DNA of 64,000 nucleotides from Planctomycetota bacterium (GTDB lineage: Bacteria; Planctomycetota; Brocadiia; JAADGH01): positions 64,001 through 128,000 of the forward strand of contig JBFMAD010000005.1 in NCBI GenBank assembly GCA_040755855.1, written 5' to 3'. Below are positions 45,553 through 54,913 of the stretch, in pieces. How positions within the stretch are numbered: position 1 is the stretch's first letter; each line of letters opens with the position of its first letter. The notes under the pieces are model-generated. The model did not search any database. It saw nothing but the letters and a program-made list of their open reading frames with translations, and was not told where the DNA came from. Both the position numbers and the translations under genes were made by a program.

Positions 45553-46644
45553 ATGAGCGACGAGTCCCGTCCGATCCTGTCAGAGAAAGTTACCCGTGCG
45601 GTTCTGAGTGTTGCTGTTCCTGCTTTCATTGCCGGGACAGGGATACTTGCCGCTGTCTTTTCGATTGCCGTCAATGAGGTTTTCGGCTTCTTCGTTGCCG
45701 CTGCCTTGTGTTATGTGATCCCGCTTGTCGTCGGGCACATGATTTCGTATTTCGCAGGCAGGACGGACGAGCGACCGGGCTGCGCACTGTTCGCGGCTCT
45801 ATGGCTGATGCTTTTTTGCGCGGTCTTTCCCCCCGATCTTCAAACTGGGCGGGGCATGATCATCACATTGCCTTTCGTTCTTCCCATCCTCATGGCCGGT
45901 GTTTGGAACTGTTTCGCAGGGCATCTACGACGCGACCACATCACTATCATTGTTCTCCTGGGTATTGTGCTCTTGGGATTCCCCACCTTCCTGACGGTCG
46001 TTGCCATATCCAGAAGATGGTCCATACCGGGTGTCCCCGGCAACGTTCTCGTCGTGACGGTTATGGCGTCGTATGTCCTTCCTCTTGTCCTTCTCGCACG
46101 GATTGCCCTCTGGATGGAGGCTATTGCCTGTGCGCGTAGATCGACCGCGGTGCATGAGGCGGCTCGCGACGGTAACGAGGAAATGCTCATCGAGTCTCTT
46201 GCCGAAGATGATCGCAGCGATCTTCGGCTCACAGACAACGACGGTCGCACGCCTCTCCATGTGGCAACCGAGGCCGGACAACTGCACATTGTAGAACTCC
46301 TTATTCGGAAGGGCGCCGAGGTGGATGTTCGAGACTATGCCGAGCAAACTCCCCTGCATTACGCTGCACACGTCAGAGAACCGGCCTATTCCGAATTGAT
46401 CGCAGAGCGACTTATCGAAAATGGCGCGGATATGAATGCTGTAGACCGCTATGGCCACACGCCGCTCCACCACGCTGCCTATCACAAGCGCATCGAGTTA
46501 GCCAGAGTTCTGATGTCGTGCGGGGCGAATGCGAAGGCAACAGACACCAAAGGGCGTACGCCCCTCGACATCGCTGTGGAGCGGGGGCATGGGGAAGTGG
46601 CGGAGATAATTCGGAGGCATATCGAGGGACGGGAAAATGGATAG
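45553..46644 (+). CDS. Polytopic membrane protein with C-terminal ankyrin repeats
   Basis: About 6 TM segments, then GRTPLHVA, QTPLHYAA, GHTPLHHAA, GRTPLDIA. Start uncertain (ORF track 45463). Confidence 0.85.
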   Translation: MSDESRPILSEKVTRAVLSVAVPAFIAGTGILAAVFSIAVNEVFGFFVAAALCYVIPLVVGHMISYFAGRTDERPGCALFAALWLMLFCAVFPPDLQTGRGMIITLPFVLPILMAGVWNCFAGHLRRDHITIIVLLGIVLLGFPTFLTVVAISRRWSIPGVPGNVLVVTVMASYVLPLVLLARIALWMEAIACARRSTAVHEAARDGNEEMLIESLAEDDRSDLRLTDNDGRTPLHVATEAGQLHIVELLIRKGAEVDVRDYAEQTPLHYAAHVREPAYSELIAERLIENGADMNAVDRYGHTPLHHAAYHKRIELARVLMSCGANAKATDTKGRTPLDIAVERGHGEVAEIIRRHIEGRENG

Positions 46645-46713
46645 GCTCTAAGTTATTAGTTCTCTATTGGAGTATAGTTATATAATATTATATAATAAAT
46701 ATCACAATCGGAC

Positions 46714-46742
46714 TTGACAGCTGCCCATTTGTGTGATATGAT
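46714..46742 (+). promoter_or_regulatory. Strong sigma70 promoter with extended -10 and no downstream protein gene
   Basis: TTGACA (46714-46719), 17 nt, TATGAT (46737-46742), TG at 46734-46735, AT-rich upstream. Confidence 0.7.
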
Positions 46743-46749
46743 ACTTCTA

Positions 46750-46940
46750 AAGGACTCTCCACGCAGGGGGAGAGTGGTCCGATGGAGATAGTGTACCGAG
46801 GTCATTACCATGAATGCATGTATCTACCCGAAAAGAGTAGAAATGACCGAACGAAATCTCTGCAAAAACGAGGAGCCGGGCGGCGTCTGACCAATGCTCT
46901 GTTCTGATGTGAAGCCTCGGAACGAGCAAAAACATTGAAA
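46750..46940 (+). ncRNA. Candidate structured non-coding RNA (unassigned)
   Basis: Nested complementary pairs downstream of the promoter: ACTCTCC/GGAGAGT, GGTCATT/AATGACC enclosing CATG/CATG and TCTAC/GTAGA, GCTC-GTTCTGA/TCGGAAC-GAGC. Confidence 0.35.
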
Positions 46941-47014
46941 TTACAAAACGAACTCCCGAAAAGAACTTTCCTTCAGGGATGCGCAGTCAGTCTATGTAGT
47001 TAGAGCCTATCCCC

Positions 47015-47809
47015 TTAGCGGCCGTCGCGCCGCTCCTGCCAGTCACGCATCCGGCGGCGCCAGGGGTTCTTGATGTCCTCGATGAGATCTTTCGCGTCAA
47101 CATCGCGTCCCGCCTCCTTCATGCGGGCCATCTGTTCGAGGGTGTTTCTGATCTGCTCCTCGCTGACGAACCGCAACAATGCCTCCTTGTCGTCGCGAAT
47201 CAGCTCACCGCCGCGACGGAGCGTCTGAATCGCCTTCGTGCGGTCGCCGGCTGCCTCGTGGAGTTTCGACAATGTGACCAGAACGAGGGCGATGGATTGC
47301 GCCCCTTGTGCATTTTTGAGGAGTTCCTCGACGACCGCCGCGCCCTCCGCAGGCTGCTTCTTCCCCTGGTAAATCTCGGCGATGTACTCGGCGGCGTAGC
47401 AGGCCAGCGGGCCGGTTGCCTTCCGATATTCGGCCACGGCGCCGTCCGGGTCGTTCATCGCCTCCCGGAGGATGTTCCCGATAGACAGGTGCGCGCCGGG
47501 GACGGCCTCGTCATCGGGGCTGTTCTGCACGATCTGCCTCAGCTCCTCGACGGCCTCGGCCGGTTCGCCCTTCTGCACCAGGAGGTCGGCGGCGTTGAAA
47601 TGCGCGCGGTCTATGACATTGATCTGCCAGGGATACATGATGGGACCGGACTGGCGCACGGCAAGGCCCGGCCCCATGGTTCGGACGGCGAATTGCGGAC
47701 GCCCTCGTTCCCGCCCCTGTTCATCGTTGCGCAGTTCCTGAGCGAGGAGACAGCAGCTTCCCACTGTGAAGATCGCCGGAACCACGATGGCGAAGAGACG
47801 GTTCATCAT
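47015..47809 (-). CDS. Exported TPR-repeat protein
   Basis: Signal peptide; TPR-like helices; paralogous to 47840-48736. Confidence 0.75.
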   Translation of the reverse strand: MMNRLFAIVVPAIFTVGSCCLLAQELRNDEQGRERGRPQFAVRTMGPGLAVRQSGPIMYPWQINVIDRAHFNAADLLVQKGEPAEAVEELRQIVQNSPDDEAVPGAHLSIGNILREAMNDPDGAVAEYRKATGPLACYAAEYIAEIYQGKKQPAEGAAVVEELLKNAQGAQSIALVLVTLSKLHEAAGDRTKAIQTLRRGGELIRDDKEALLRFVSEEQIRNTLEQMARMKEAGRDVDAKDLIEDIKNPWRRRMRDWQERRDGR

Positions 47810-47839
47810 TCCCTTGTTTCCGCGGGGGCGGGCAGACGG

Positions 47840-48736
47840 CTATTCCCTCGGAGCCCCCTCGACGGGCTTCTCCGGGGGCTTGTCGGGTCGTCCGCCGCGC
47901 ATCTTTTCCTGCATCTCCCGGACCTTTTGTTCCATGCGTTCCGCATCCTCGAACTGTCCCTTTGCACGAAGCTCCTCGATCCTTTCCCGAACCTTATCCA
48001 TGGGGAAGAAATCGGGGCGGCCGGGGCCTTTGTCCATGCGAATCGCCTCGGCTTCATCGTAGGTGATCATCTGCGGGATGCGCCGCAGCGTCTCGATGGC
48101 CTTGTCTATGTTCCCCGCGCGGCGATAGATGTTGGCCACCTCGTTCAGGATGAACGCCTTTTCCTGGGTTTGCGTGGCCTGCATCAGGCGGTCCTCAAGA
48201 ACCTTGGCCGCCTGGTCGGGTTGGCCCATCGTCTCGTAGCACTGGATCATTGACTTCATGGCGCGGTCGGCGAGGTCGCCCGTGACCTGTTTGTACTCTG
48301 CAAGGGCTTGGTCGGTTTGTTGCAGCTTGAAGCGGTAGATGTGCCCGGCGACGAGGTGCGCCCCGGCCTTGGCCCGCTCGTCGGGGCTTTCGTCCACGAC
48401 CTTCGACAGTTCCTTGATGGCGTTCTCGTATTCGCCCTTCTCGTAGAGGAGCTGCGCGACGGTGTAGAAGGCCTTGTCTACCACGTTCAGGTCGCCAAGG
48501 TCGGCGAAGGGGTCCTGCTCCTGCGGCGGTTTCGGGGGCCTGTGGTGGTCCCACTCCGGCTGCGGCATGAATCGCCCTCTTTCCCATCCTTCCTCCGGGC
48601 GGCGGGGTCTATCCCGCTCGCGTTCTCTTTCTTCTGGGCGCGGCCCCCTTTCCTCGCGCTCCTGGGCCAGGACGGTGAGAGAACAAACCATGAACAAAAC
48701 AAGCGCACATCGGACGGATCGGGCGAGTGTTTGCAT
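47840..48736 (-). CDS. Exported TPR-repeat protein
   Basis: Start MQTLARS (ATG 48736 after GGAGG); signal peptide; Arg/Glu/Pro-rich linker; TPR helices. Confidence 0.75.
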   Translation of the reverse strand: MQTLARSVRCALVLFMVCSLTVLAQEREERGPRPEERERERDRPRRPEEGWERGRFMPQPEWDHHRPPKPPQEQDPFADLGDLNVVDKAFYTVAQLLYEKGEYENAIKELSKVVDESPDERAKAGAHLVAGHIYRFKLQQTDQALAEYKQVTGDLADRAMKSMIQCYETMGQPDQAAKVLEDRLMQATQTQEKAFILNEVANIYRRAGNIDKAIETLRRIPQMITYDEAEAIRMDKGPGRPDFFPMDKVRERIEELRAKGQFEDAERMEQKVREMQEKMRGGRPDKPPEKPVEGAPRE

Positions 48737-48768
48737 CGTTCTGCCTCCAAGAGACACGGGATGCCGTC

Positions 48769-49221
48769 TCACGACGACGGTACGGTCAGCTGGTTGTCGC
48801 ATCCGTGGCACGTTATTTTCTTTCCGGCCATCTCTTTGGCTACGGAAATTTTTTCGCCGCAGAGAAGGCACTCAAAATTGATGCCTCCTTTGCCTCCCTT
48901 CGGCGGTGGGGGAGGCGCCGCGGCTTTCTTCTTGGGGGCGGGCTTCGGTTTCTTGGATGTATCGCCTACAGCGACCGGCTCGGGTTCAATCTTGGGCGGT
49001 TCAGGCGGGGGCATAGGGGGGAAGGCATCCTCCGCCGCCTCCTCCAGGATGGAAGCGGTGATCTCCTCCGTGGCCTCGCCGACCAGTTGGTCTACGGCCG
49101 GGGCGCTTTCAGGCGCCTTCAAAAGCTTTCGGCAAAATGGGCAGCGCCCATGCCGCCCGCCGTGTTCGCTTGCAACACTCAGTTTTCCGCCGCAGTTATG
49201 ACACTTGAACTCGATAGGCAT
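48769..49221 (-). CDS. Double zinc-ribbon protein (planctomycete type)
   Basis: MPIEFKCHNC...GRCPFC and INFECLLC...ITCHGC joined by a Pro-rich linker. Confidence 0.75.
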   Translation of the reverse strand: MPIEFKCHNCGGKLSVASEHGGRHGRCPFCRKLLKAPESAPAVDQLVGEATEEITASILEEAAEDAFPPMPPPEPPKIEPEPVAVGDTSKKPKPAPKKKAAAPPPPPKGGKGGINFECLLCGEKISVAKEMAGKKITCHGCDNQLTVPSS

Positions 49222-49223
49222 AT

Positions 49224-50117
49224 TTAGTACTTCTTCTCCTGAATTTTTGTAATTGCCTTGGCAAGGGCGGCTTTTACAATGGCAGGGTTGGACGAGGCTG
49301 CCTTTTCCAGATAGTATATGGCATCGGGGTTTCCGATTTCACCCAATGCCTGCGCGGCGCGGACGCGCCCGTGGTCTTCGGACGTCGTCAACATGGTAAT
49401 CAGGGCGTCAAATTGCTCCTTTTCTCCGAGCGCGAACAGTGCATACCGCGCCCCTGCTTCCACTTGTCCGCTTTCGTCCAGACCGCGAAGGGCCTCACGG
49501 AGCGGCGCCTTGGCGTCCTCCGCGCCACAGGTGGCAAGGGCCCATGCCGCATCGGCGCGGATCGGTTCAACGGGGTCTTTCAAAAGTTGGACGAGGACCT
49601 CTGAGGCGCGCTGGTCGCCCACCTTTCCCAAACCCTGGACACAGCATTGCCGGATGGAAGGGTCGTCATCTCTCGCAAATTTAATCAACGCCTTTACGGC
49701 GGTGACATTAGGAGACTTGGCGAGTTCCTTGGCGGCTGCCCGGCGATCGGGCATGCTCTTGGACTCGAGAAGACTGATGAATCCTTGCACCTTGATGCGC
49801 TGAATGAGCCACGGCAGGTTCACCAGGAGCAGCGCAAGAAGGACGATTGCCACTACGAGGAGCATTTTGCCGGGATGCTTCGCAAGGATGGGTATCGCCT
49901 GTTGCCGTCTGACCTTTTCGGCCTCGACGGCCATCCGATCTTCGAACGTGACCTCCTTCTTTTCGGCGGGGGGGGCGGCCGCCACTGCCGGCGGTCGGTC
50001 CGGCCTGGGGATGGTCATCACGCCGCCGCATTCCGTGCACTCCACCTGCTTGCCGGCGAGGTGCTCCTCAAGCCGCAGGAATGCGCCGCATTTTGGACAT
50101 TCAACTTCAATCGTCAT
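49224..50117 (-). CDS. Zinc-ribbon, transmembrane and HEAT-repeat protein
   Basis: MTIEVECPKC...VECTEC; one TM helix; repeats RQCCVQGLG, RADAAWALA, RVRAAQALG. Confidence 0.8.
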   Translation of the reverse strand: MTIEVECPKCGAFLRLEEHLAGKQVECTECGGVMTIPRPDRPPAVAAAPPAEKKEVTFEDRMAVEAEKVRRQQAIPILAKHPGKMLLVVAIVLLALLLVNLPWLIQRIKVQGFISLLESKSMPDRRAAAKELAKSPNVTAVKALIKFARDDDPSIRQCCVQGLGKVGDQRASEVLVQLLKDPVEPIRADAAWALATCGAEDAKAPLREALRGLDESGQVEAGARYALFALGEKEQFDALITMLTTSEDHGRVRAAQALGEIGNPDAIYYLEKAASSNPAIVKAALAKAITKIQEKKY

Positions 50118-50160
50118 AGCGCTTCTTTTCCGCGTTCAATCGTGCCGAGGCGGCAAAGGC

Positions 50161-52860
50161 CTATTTGTCCTCGAAAGAAATTTCGTACCAGAGCGTTTGG
50201 TGACGCGGGTCAATGTCGAAGACCAGGCTCCTGGCCTTCATCGCAGAAGCTACGTTACCCTTTGGCTTGCCTGCTGGGTCAAGCGCAAAAACGCGGGCGG
50301 CGCGTCCGCCGCAGGCCAGGGAAACGACGCCCCCCACGCCCTCCGCGATCGTCGGCTCCTTGCCCCATTGCCGGCCCACCGTTGTGCGCTTCTCATCCCA
50401 TACCATGTCGGTATTCTCGATATTGGATACGGCGACTAATAGCAGCCGCGACGACTTCTCCACGGGCTTGCCGTCAATGGATGTCAGGGCCACGACGGCG
50501 AAGTTTTTGAACGTGGGGTGGACGGCCACGCGCAGCGCTCCCAGGTCCACGGCTCTGCCGCCGATGAACCCGACGGCCGCCTTCGTCGCAGGCGCGTTGA
50601 CCGCATAGAGTTCCGCGCCCCCTTCACGGAGGTCCCAGTCAATCTCGCCCGTGTCGCTGACAAAGCGCTTAGGCGCCTCCTCCTCCGCCGGTTTGCCGAT
50701 CTGAAACGGCATCGAGGCGATCCCTACGAATGCATCGAGCAGCGCGTGCACTGGAGACGGAGGCCCGGCCTGGATGGTCCCAGGCATGTCAGAGAAGGCG
50801 ACGGAAAGCCGCCGCTTGATGGCCTCAGTGCGCTGAACGCCGGCGCCTTCCCACGCCTTCGAAAATTCCGACTTGGCATCCATCAGGTGAGGGAGAATCT
50901 GAGTACGGGGCACGGACAGGCGGGTCTCGTTCTGCGCGGGCGACACATCGCCCCGGCGGAACATCGCCGCGCCGATGGGCATCAGCATGACTTTCGAGGG
51001 GTTGGTGTCAATATCGAAGTAACTGTTTATCTTTTTAATATCCCACTCGTCGTGCCGATGGCTGTAGGTGAAGAGAAAGAGCCCGTCCCAGTCCTGGTGG
51101 GCCGCAAAGGACGCCAGCATCGGCACGCACTCGGCGGCGTGGTCGTTCGGAGCGGGATGATTGTATTCGCTTACCGTGTAGGGCCTTTCGGCGTAGCGGT
51201 ACTGAGCAAGGCGCGTGAGCGTGTCCTTGCCCGGGGCGCAGACCATTGAGGTGTTCGGGATATTCCAGTTGTTTCCGTCCCACGGCTTGCCGGGGAAGTG
51301 TGGGTGCTGCCAGTAGGCGTGGACGTCGAAGAAGTCCAGCCGAGATTCGCGGAGAACGCCCGCCAGGCCGCCGTAGGTGGCCTGCGTGTCCACCACATGG
51401 GCGCGGAGGCCAAGGTCCTTCTTCAGGTAATTGTAGATGCCGAGGGTATAGCGCTTCTCCAACTCAATGAGGAATTCGAGGTAGTCCCGCCACATGCCGT
51501 CGGACGTTCGGGCCAGGGGGCGGGTGATATTCCCCTTTTCGATGGAGCAGGTCTTATCGAGGCCGATGAAGCCGCCTTTCTGTAGTTTAACATCGGCGAA
51601 CCAGTATTCGCCCGGCTCATTCAGCAAGGAGAAGCCCAGGCGATTGCCCTCCTTCTCAGCCTTCTCGGCGGTGAAGACGTAGGTAAACGATTGCCATGTT
51701 TCATCGAGCTTGATCGGCTGATTCAGGCCGATGTTCGTCCACGGCTCGTGATCCAAGCGCGCGTTGACGTGGATGGCTCGCGGCTTGTCGGCCTTTGCCC
51801 GGAACGTAACGGTGTAGGGCTGACCGTTGATGAAGTTCAAGCCCACTTGATGGAACTGGAAGCTCCAGCTCACCGGGCCGGGCTTGGCGATCTTGGCATG
51901 GAAGCAGGGCTTCCCGTCGGGTCCGCCGGCGACGGATTTCATCTCGGCCTGGCCCGGCTCGTGGATTTCGAGGTTCCATCCCTCCGTACCTTTGACGAAG
52001 TCGCCGTTCGCGAGCATCTGCGGGCCGAGGGGTTCGTCCATCTCGTCCCACACCTTGCGGAGTTGCGGCGTGTCGGCGTATTTCTGCTTCAGCCAATCGC
52101 GCCACATGGCGTCCAGTTGATTTCCAAAGTAGTCGGGCATCGGCTCCAGTTGATTTCCGAGGGCGTGGCCGATGAGCGAGTTCTCGTTGTTCATCTCGAC
52201 GATGGCAACGCAGGGTTCATCCACGTAGCGCGTCTTGGTGTAAGGGTTTGTATGGGTAAGCAGATCGCGCGCATAGTTCTTCTGCAGCTCGATCATCCGC
52301 GGCTCGAAGTTATCGAGGCCCTTGTTGTAGCGGTGGGCGCGGCTCTCGGACTTGGCCGGGAAGCCATCCGCCTCGCCCAACTCGCGGGAGACGTGGAGGT
52401 TGATGTCGGCATAGATGCCATTCAGCTTGAGCTGGTAGATGAGGTAGTCCAGCTTGTCGAGCTGCTCCGGGTCTATGTGCTGCTTGTCCGTGTAGTTCTT
52501 GTCCCAGATGCCCTTCGGCGCGTACTGGGAGTCCATGTGATGGAACCGGACGCAGTTGATCCCCAGTTTTGCCATGCGCTTGGCCACCTTCTCCGCATCG
52601 GCATGGGTGGGGAAACACGCGCCGAAGCAGAGGTTTGTGGCGAAGAAGCGGAGGCGCTTCCCCGCGCCGTCCACGAAATGCCCATCCTTGATGGCGACGA
52701 AGCCGTGCTTGCCCGCCGGTTTCTCGTTCATCCAGGACATGTCCACGACGGTCTGGCTGTCGTCGAGGGCGGGGACGGGGAAGGGGAACTTCTTGTCGGC
52801 GCCGACGACCGCTCCGACTACCGACAGAAGGAACAAGACCACCAGAAGGAATCTAACCAT
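50161..52860 (-). CDS. Exported clan-A (GH5-like) glycoside hydrolase with an inserted CBM4/9-like domain
   Basis: Signal peptide from ATG 52860; GINCVRFHH, EMNNENS (acid/base), HAYWQHP, TVSEYNH (nucleophile), WDG; NGDF...W.LE CBM insert. Confidence 0.75.
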   Translation of the reverse strand: MVRFLLVVLFLLSVVGAVVGADKKFPFPVPALDDSQTVVDMSWMNEKPAGKHGFVAIKDGHFVDGAGKRLRFFATNLCFGACFPTHADAEKVAKRMAKLGINCVRFHHMDSQYAPKGIWDKNYTDKQHIDPEQLDKLDYLIYQLKLNGIYADINLHVSRELGEADGFPAKSESRAHRYNKGLDNFEPRMIELQKNYARDLLTHTNPYTKTRYVDEPCVAIVEMNNENSLIGHALGNQLEPMPDYFGNQLDAMWRDWLKQKYADTPQLRKVWDEMDEPLGPQMLANGDFVKGTEGWNLEIHEPGQAEMKSVAGGPDGKPCFHAKIAKPGPVSWSFQFHQVGLNFINGQPYTVTFRAKADKPRAIHVNARLDHEPWTNIGLNQPIKLDETWQSFTYVFTAEKAEKEGNRLGFSLLNEPGEYWFADVKLQKGGFIGLDKTCSIEKGNITRPLARTSDGMWRDYLEFLIELEKRYTLGIYNYLKKDLGLRAHVVDTQATYGGLAGVLRESRLDFFDVHAYWQHPHFPGKPWDGNNWNIPNTSMVCAPGKDTLTRLAQYRYAERPYTVSEYNHPAPNDHAAECVPMLASFAAHQDWDGLFLFTYSHRHDEWDIKKINSYFDIDTNPSKVMLMPIGAAMFRRGDVSPAQNETRLSVPRTQILPHLMDAKSEFSKAWEGAGVQRTEAIKRRLSVAFSDMPGTIQAGPPSPVHALLDAFVGIASMPFQIGKPAEEEAPKRFVSDTGEIDWDLREGGAELYAVNAPATKAAVGFIGGRAVDLGALRVAVHPTFKNFAVVALTSIDGKPVEKSSRLLLVAVSNIENTDMVWDEKRTTVGRQWGKEPTIAEGVGGVVSLACGGRAARVFALDPAGKPKGNVASAMKARSLVFDIDPRHQTLWYEISFEDK

Positions 52861-52967
52861 ATCGCTCTCCGCAGATAGCCTCATGGTCCGGTTCGCACAC
52901 AGATTCATTCTACCAAACCGGTTTTCTATTTCAAGTGGCAAATGCCGTGGTGGGGCGAGGTCTGGGG

Positions 52968-53567
52968 CTATTTCACCCGGATGATGAAGAACATCTCCTG
53001 GAAGGCCGGACGGTTGTCAACGGCCTTGTCGAGGGCGGGGTCGGTCTCCCCGGCAATCGCCGTGGCGGTGTTCGGGCCGCCTGTGGCGCGGCGGGCGGAG
53101 TCGGCGCGGAGCTCCCACGTGGCGTCCTTGAATCCACGTCCGCGGGCCTTGTAGCTGAGGAGAAAGGGCTGGTCGTGCGTGCCGATTTCGGCCGTAAGGT
53201 TTGAGGAACCGTGGGTGTGCGATAGGTCGAGCTGGTCTGCGCCGCCGGTCCCGAGGTCGGTGATCTTGCCGTCGTCCGGTTGGGCGCCTTTGACGAAGCG
53301 ATCCCGCAGGTCCGGTTTCTTCCCCTTGAGCACAGCCCCCTCAGTCGTGGGGGACTGGCCATCGCACAGCTCAAAGCTCGGCGGGATCTCATCCTTCGCT
53401 CCCCACCACATGATGACGCCGCCGACGGGGATATCAACGTATCGTCCCTCTTGAGGTTTGCTTGCCGCAGGACGGGTGCTATCGCCTGATTTCCCGCAGC
53501 CGGAAAGTCCGGGTACAAGGACCAGGAGAAGGAACAGGGCAAGTATGACAAGCATAGGGCGTTTCAT
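52968..53567 (-). CDS. Lipoprotein with a phage tail-collar-like domain
   Basis: LSGC lipobox; IPVGGVIMWWG...IPPSFELCDG...PDLRDRFVKGA; SHTH; DNRPAF...FIIRVK. Confidence 0.75.
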   Translation of the reverse strand: MKRPMLVILALFLLLVLVPGLSGCGKSGDSTRPAASKPQEGRYVDIPVGGVIMWWGAKDEIPPSFELCDGQSPTTEGAVLKGKKPDLRDRFVKGAQPDDGKITDLGTGGADQLDLSHTHGSSNLTAEIGTHDQPFLLSYKARGRGFKDATWELRADSARRATGGPNTATAIAGETDPALDKAVDNRPAFQEMFFIIRVK

Positions 53568-53676
53568 GGCGATGATCCTGGACTCCTTCGTTAAATTCCA
53601 TGACCCTCGCTCATTCTATGTGCGTGCTGGTTGAAAGTCAATCGTCTCGTCGTCGTGAATGTGTCCGCGATTCCCA

Positions 53677-53704
53677 TTGACTCGCCACGCTGCCCCGCTA
53701 TAAT
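53677..53704 (+). promoter_or_regulatory. Putative sigma70 promoter
   Basis: TTGACT (53677-53682), 16 nt, TATAAT (53699-53704). Confidence 0.55.
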
Positions 53705-53740
53705 CAGCCGAGATTACATCCGACTGAAAAGGAGATGCGA

Positions 53741-54823
53741 ATGAAACCCATGACCATGCGGGAGCGGATGTTGGCGGTAGTGCAGGGGCGGGAGCACGAC
53801 CGCGTGCCCTTTGTGCAGTACTCAGGCATCGCCGCGCCGAACGAGGAGGTGTGGGCGGTCATCGGACGCGAGAACATGGGTCTCCTGCAGTGGTGCGGCG
53901 TGCACGGCTTCGCGCACCCCAACTGCCGATGGGAGCAGAAAGACATCGTCAGCGACGGGAAGCAGGGCAAGATACGAACGCTGCACACACCGGAGGGATC
54001 GCTTACCGAGGAGAGCGTGAACGCGGCCATCGGGGCGGCGAGGCGGAAGCATTTTGTCTGCGAGCCGAAAGACTATAGGATTCTTCTTTCCTACTTCCGA
54101 GACATCACAGTCCGCAAGATCACGGAAGGCTGGCAAAAGGCATACGCGCAACTGGGCGACGACGGCATTCCCCACACGAGCATCGGGCGGTCGCCGTATC
54201 AACAGCTCTGGGTCGAGTGGGTGAGCTTGGAGGACCTATCGCTGCACATGGTGGACGTCCCGGAACTGATGGAGGAGGTCTTTGCTGTGATGTTCGACGT
54301 GCAGCGGCGGTTGCTGAGGGTCGTCCAGGAGGCAGCGAGGGAGCTGCCGATACCGTACGTGAACTACGCCGACAACATCACCGCCCCGACGATCGGCCTG
54401 ACGAACTTCAAGAAGTATTGCGTGCCCCTGTACAACGAACTGGCCGACCTGCTCGCCGAGACGGGCAAGGACATCCCTGTGGCGGTGCACATGGACGGCG
54501 ACCTGAAGCCTCTGTGGGGGGCCATCGGGGAGTCGAAGGTGCGCCTGCTCGATTCCCTCTCTCCGCCGCCGGACAACGACACGAGCATCGCCGACGCCGT
54601 GCGGGTGTGGCCGGAGATGCGGCTGTGCCTCAACTTCCCGTCGTCCATACACTTGGCCGAGCCGGACGGGATATACAGGGCGGCGATGGAGATTCTGGAG
54701 CAGGGGGGACGGACGGGTCGCTTGCAGATTCAGATCTCCGAGAACGTCCCGCCGGGCAGTTGGCGCAAGAGCTACCCTCAGATTGTGAGGGCCATCCGGG
54801 ACTTCGGCGCATCAGGGGCTTGA
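53741..54823 (+). CDS. Uroporphyrinogen decarboxylase/MtaA-CmuA superfamily protein
   Basis: MTMRERMLA...DRVP N-terminus; TPEG.L; FKKYCVPLY; VHMDG; ENVPP. Confidence 0.7.
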   Translation: MKPMTMRERMLAVVQGREHDRVPFVQYSGIAAPNEEVWAVIGRENMGLLQWCGVHGFAHPNCRWEQKDIVSDGKQGKIRTLHTPEGSLTEESVNAAIGAARRKHFVCEPKDYRILLSYFRDITVRKITEGWQKAYAQLGDDGIPHTSIGRSPYQQLWVEWVSLEDLSLHMVDVPELMEEVFAVMFDVQRRLLRVVQEAARELPIPYVNYADNITAPTIGLTNFKKYCVPLYNELADLLAETGKDIPVAVHMDGDLKPLWGAIGESKVRLLDSLSPPPDNDTSIADAVRVWPEMRLCLNFPSSIHLAEPDGIYRAAMEILEQGGRTGRLQIQISENVPPGSWRKSYPQIVRAIRDFGASGA

Positions 54824-54913
54824 CACGGGGCGTGCCAGGGGTTATACCTTTTTGCTTCAATTGACAGGGGGGACGGGCGCAGAGCGCATGGAATGATTGA
54901 GGAGGATGCCTGA

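Larger units (their letters stand above)
46639..47012. other. AT-rich intergenic element bounded by perfect 13-bp inverted repeats
   Basis: GGATAGGCTCTAA at 46639-46651 and TTAGAGCCTATCC at 47000-47012, between two convergent stop codons. Confidence 0.7.

Noticed and set aside
46639..47012. Retron msr-msd or hammerhead ribozyme
   Set aside because: There is no reverse transcriptase in the window, the promoter lies inside the inverted repeats, and the CUGANGA/GAAA hammerhead core is not properly arranged.
53741..54823. Genuine hemE
   Set aside because: It lacks the RQAGR motif of UROD and has no haem-pathway neighbours, so only a superfamily-level call is supported.
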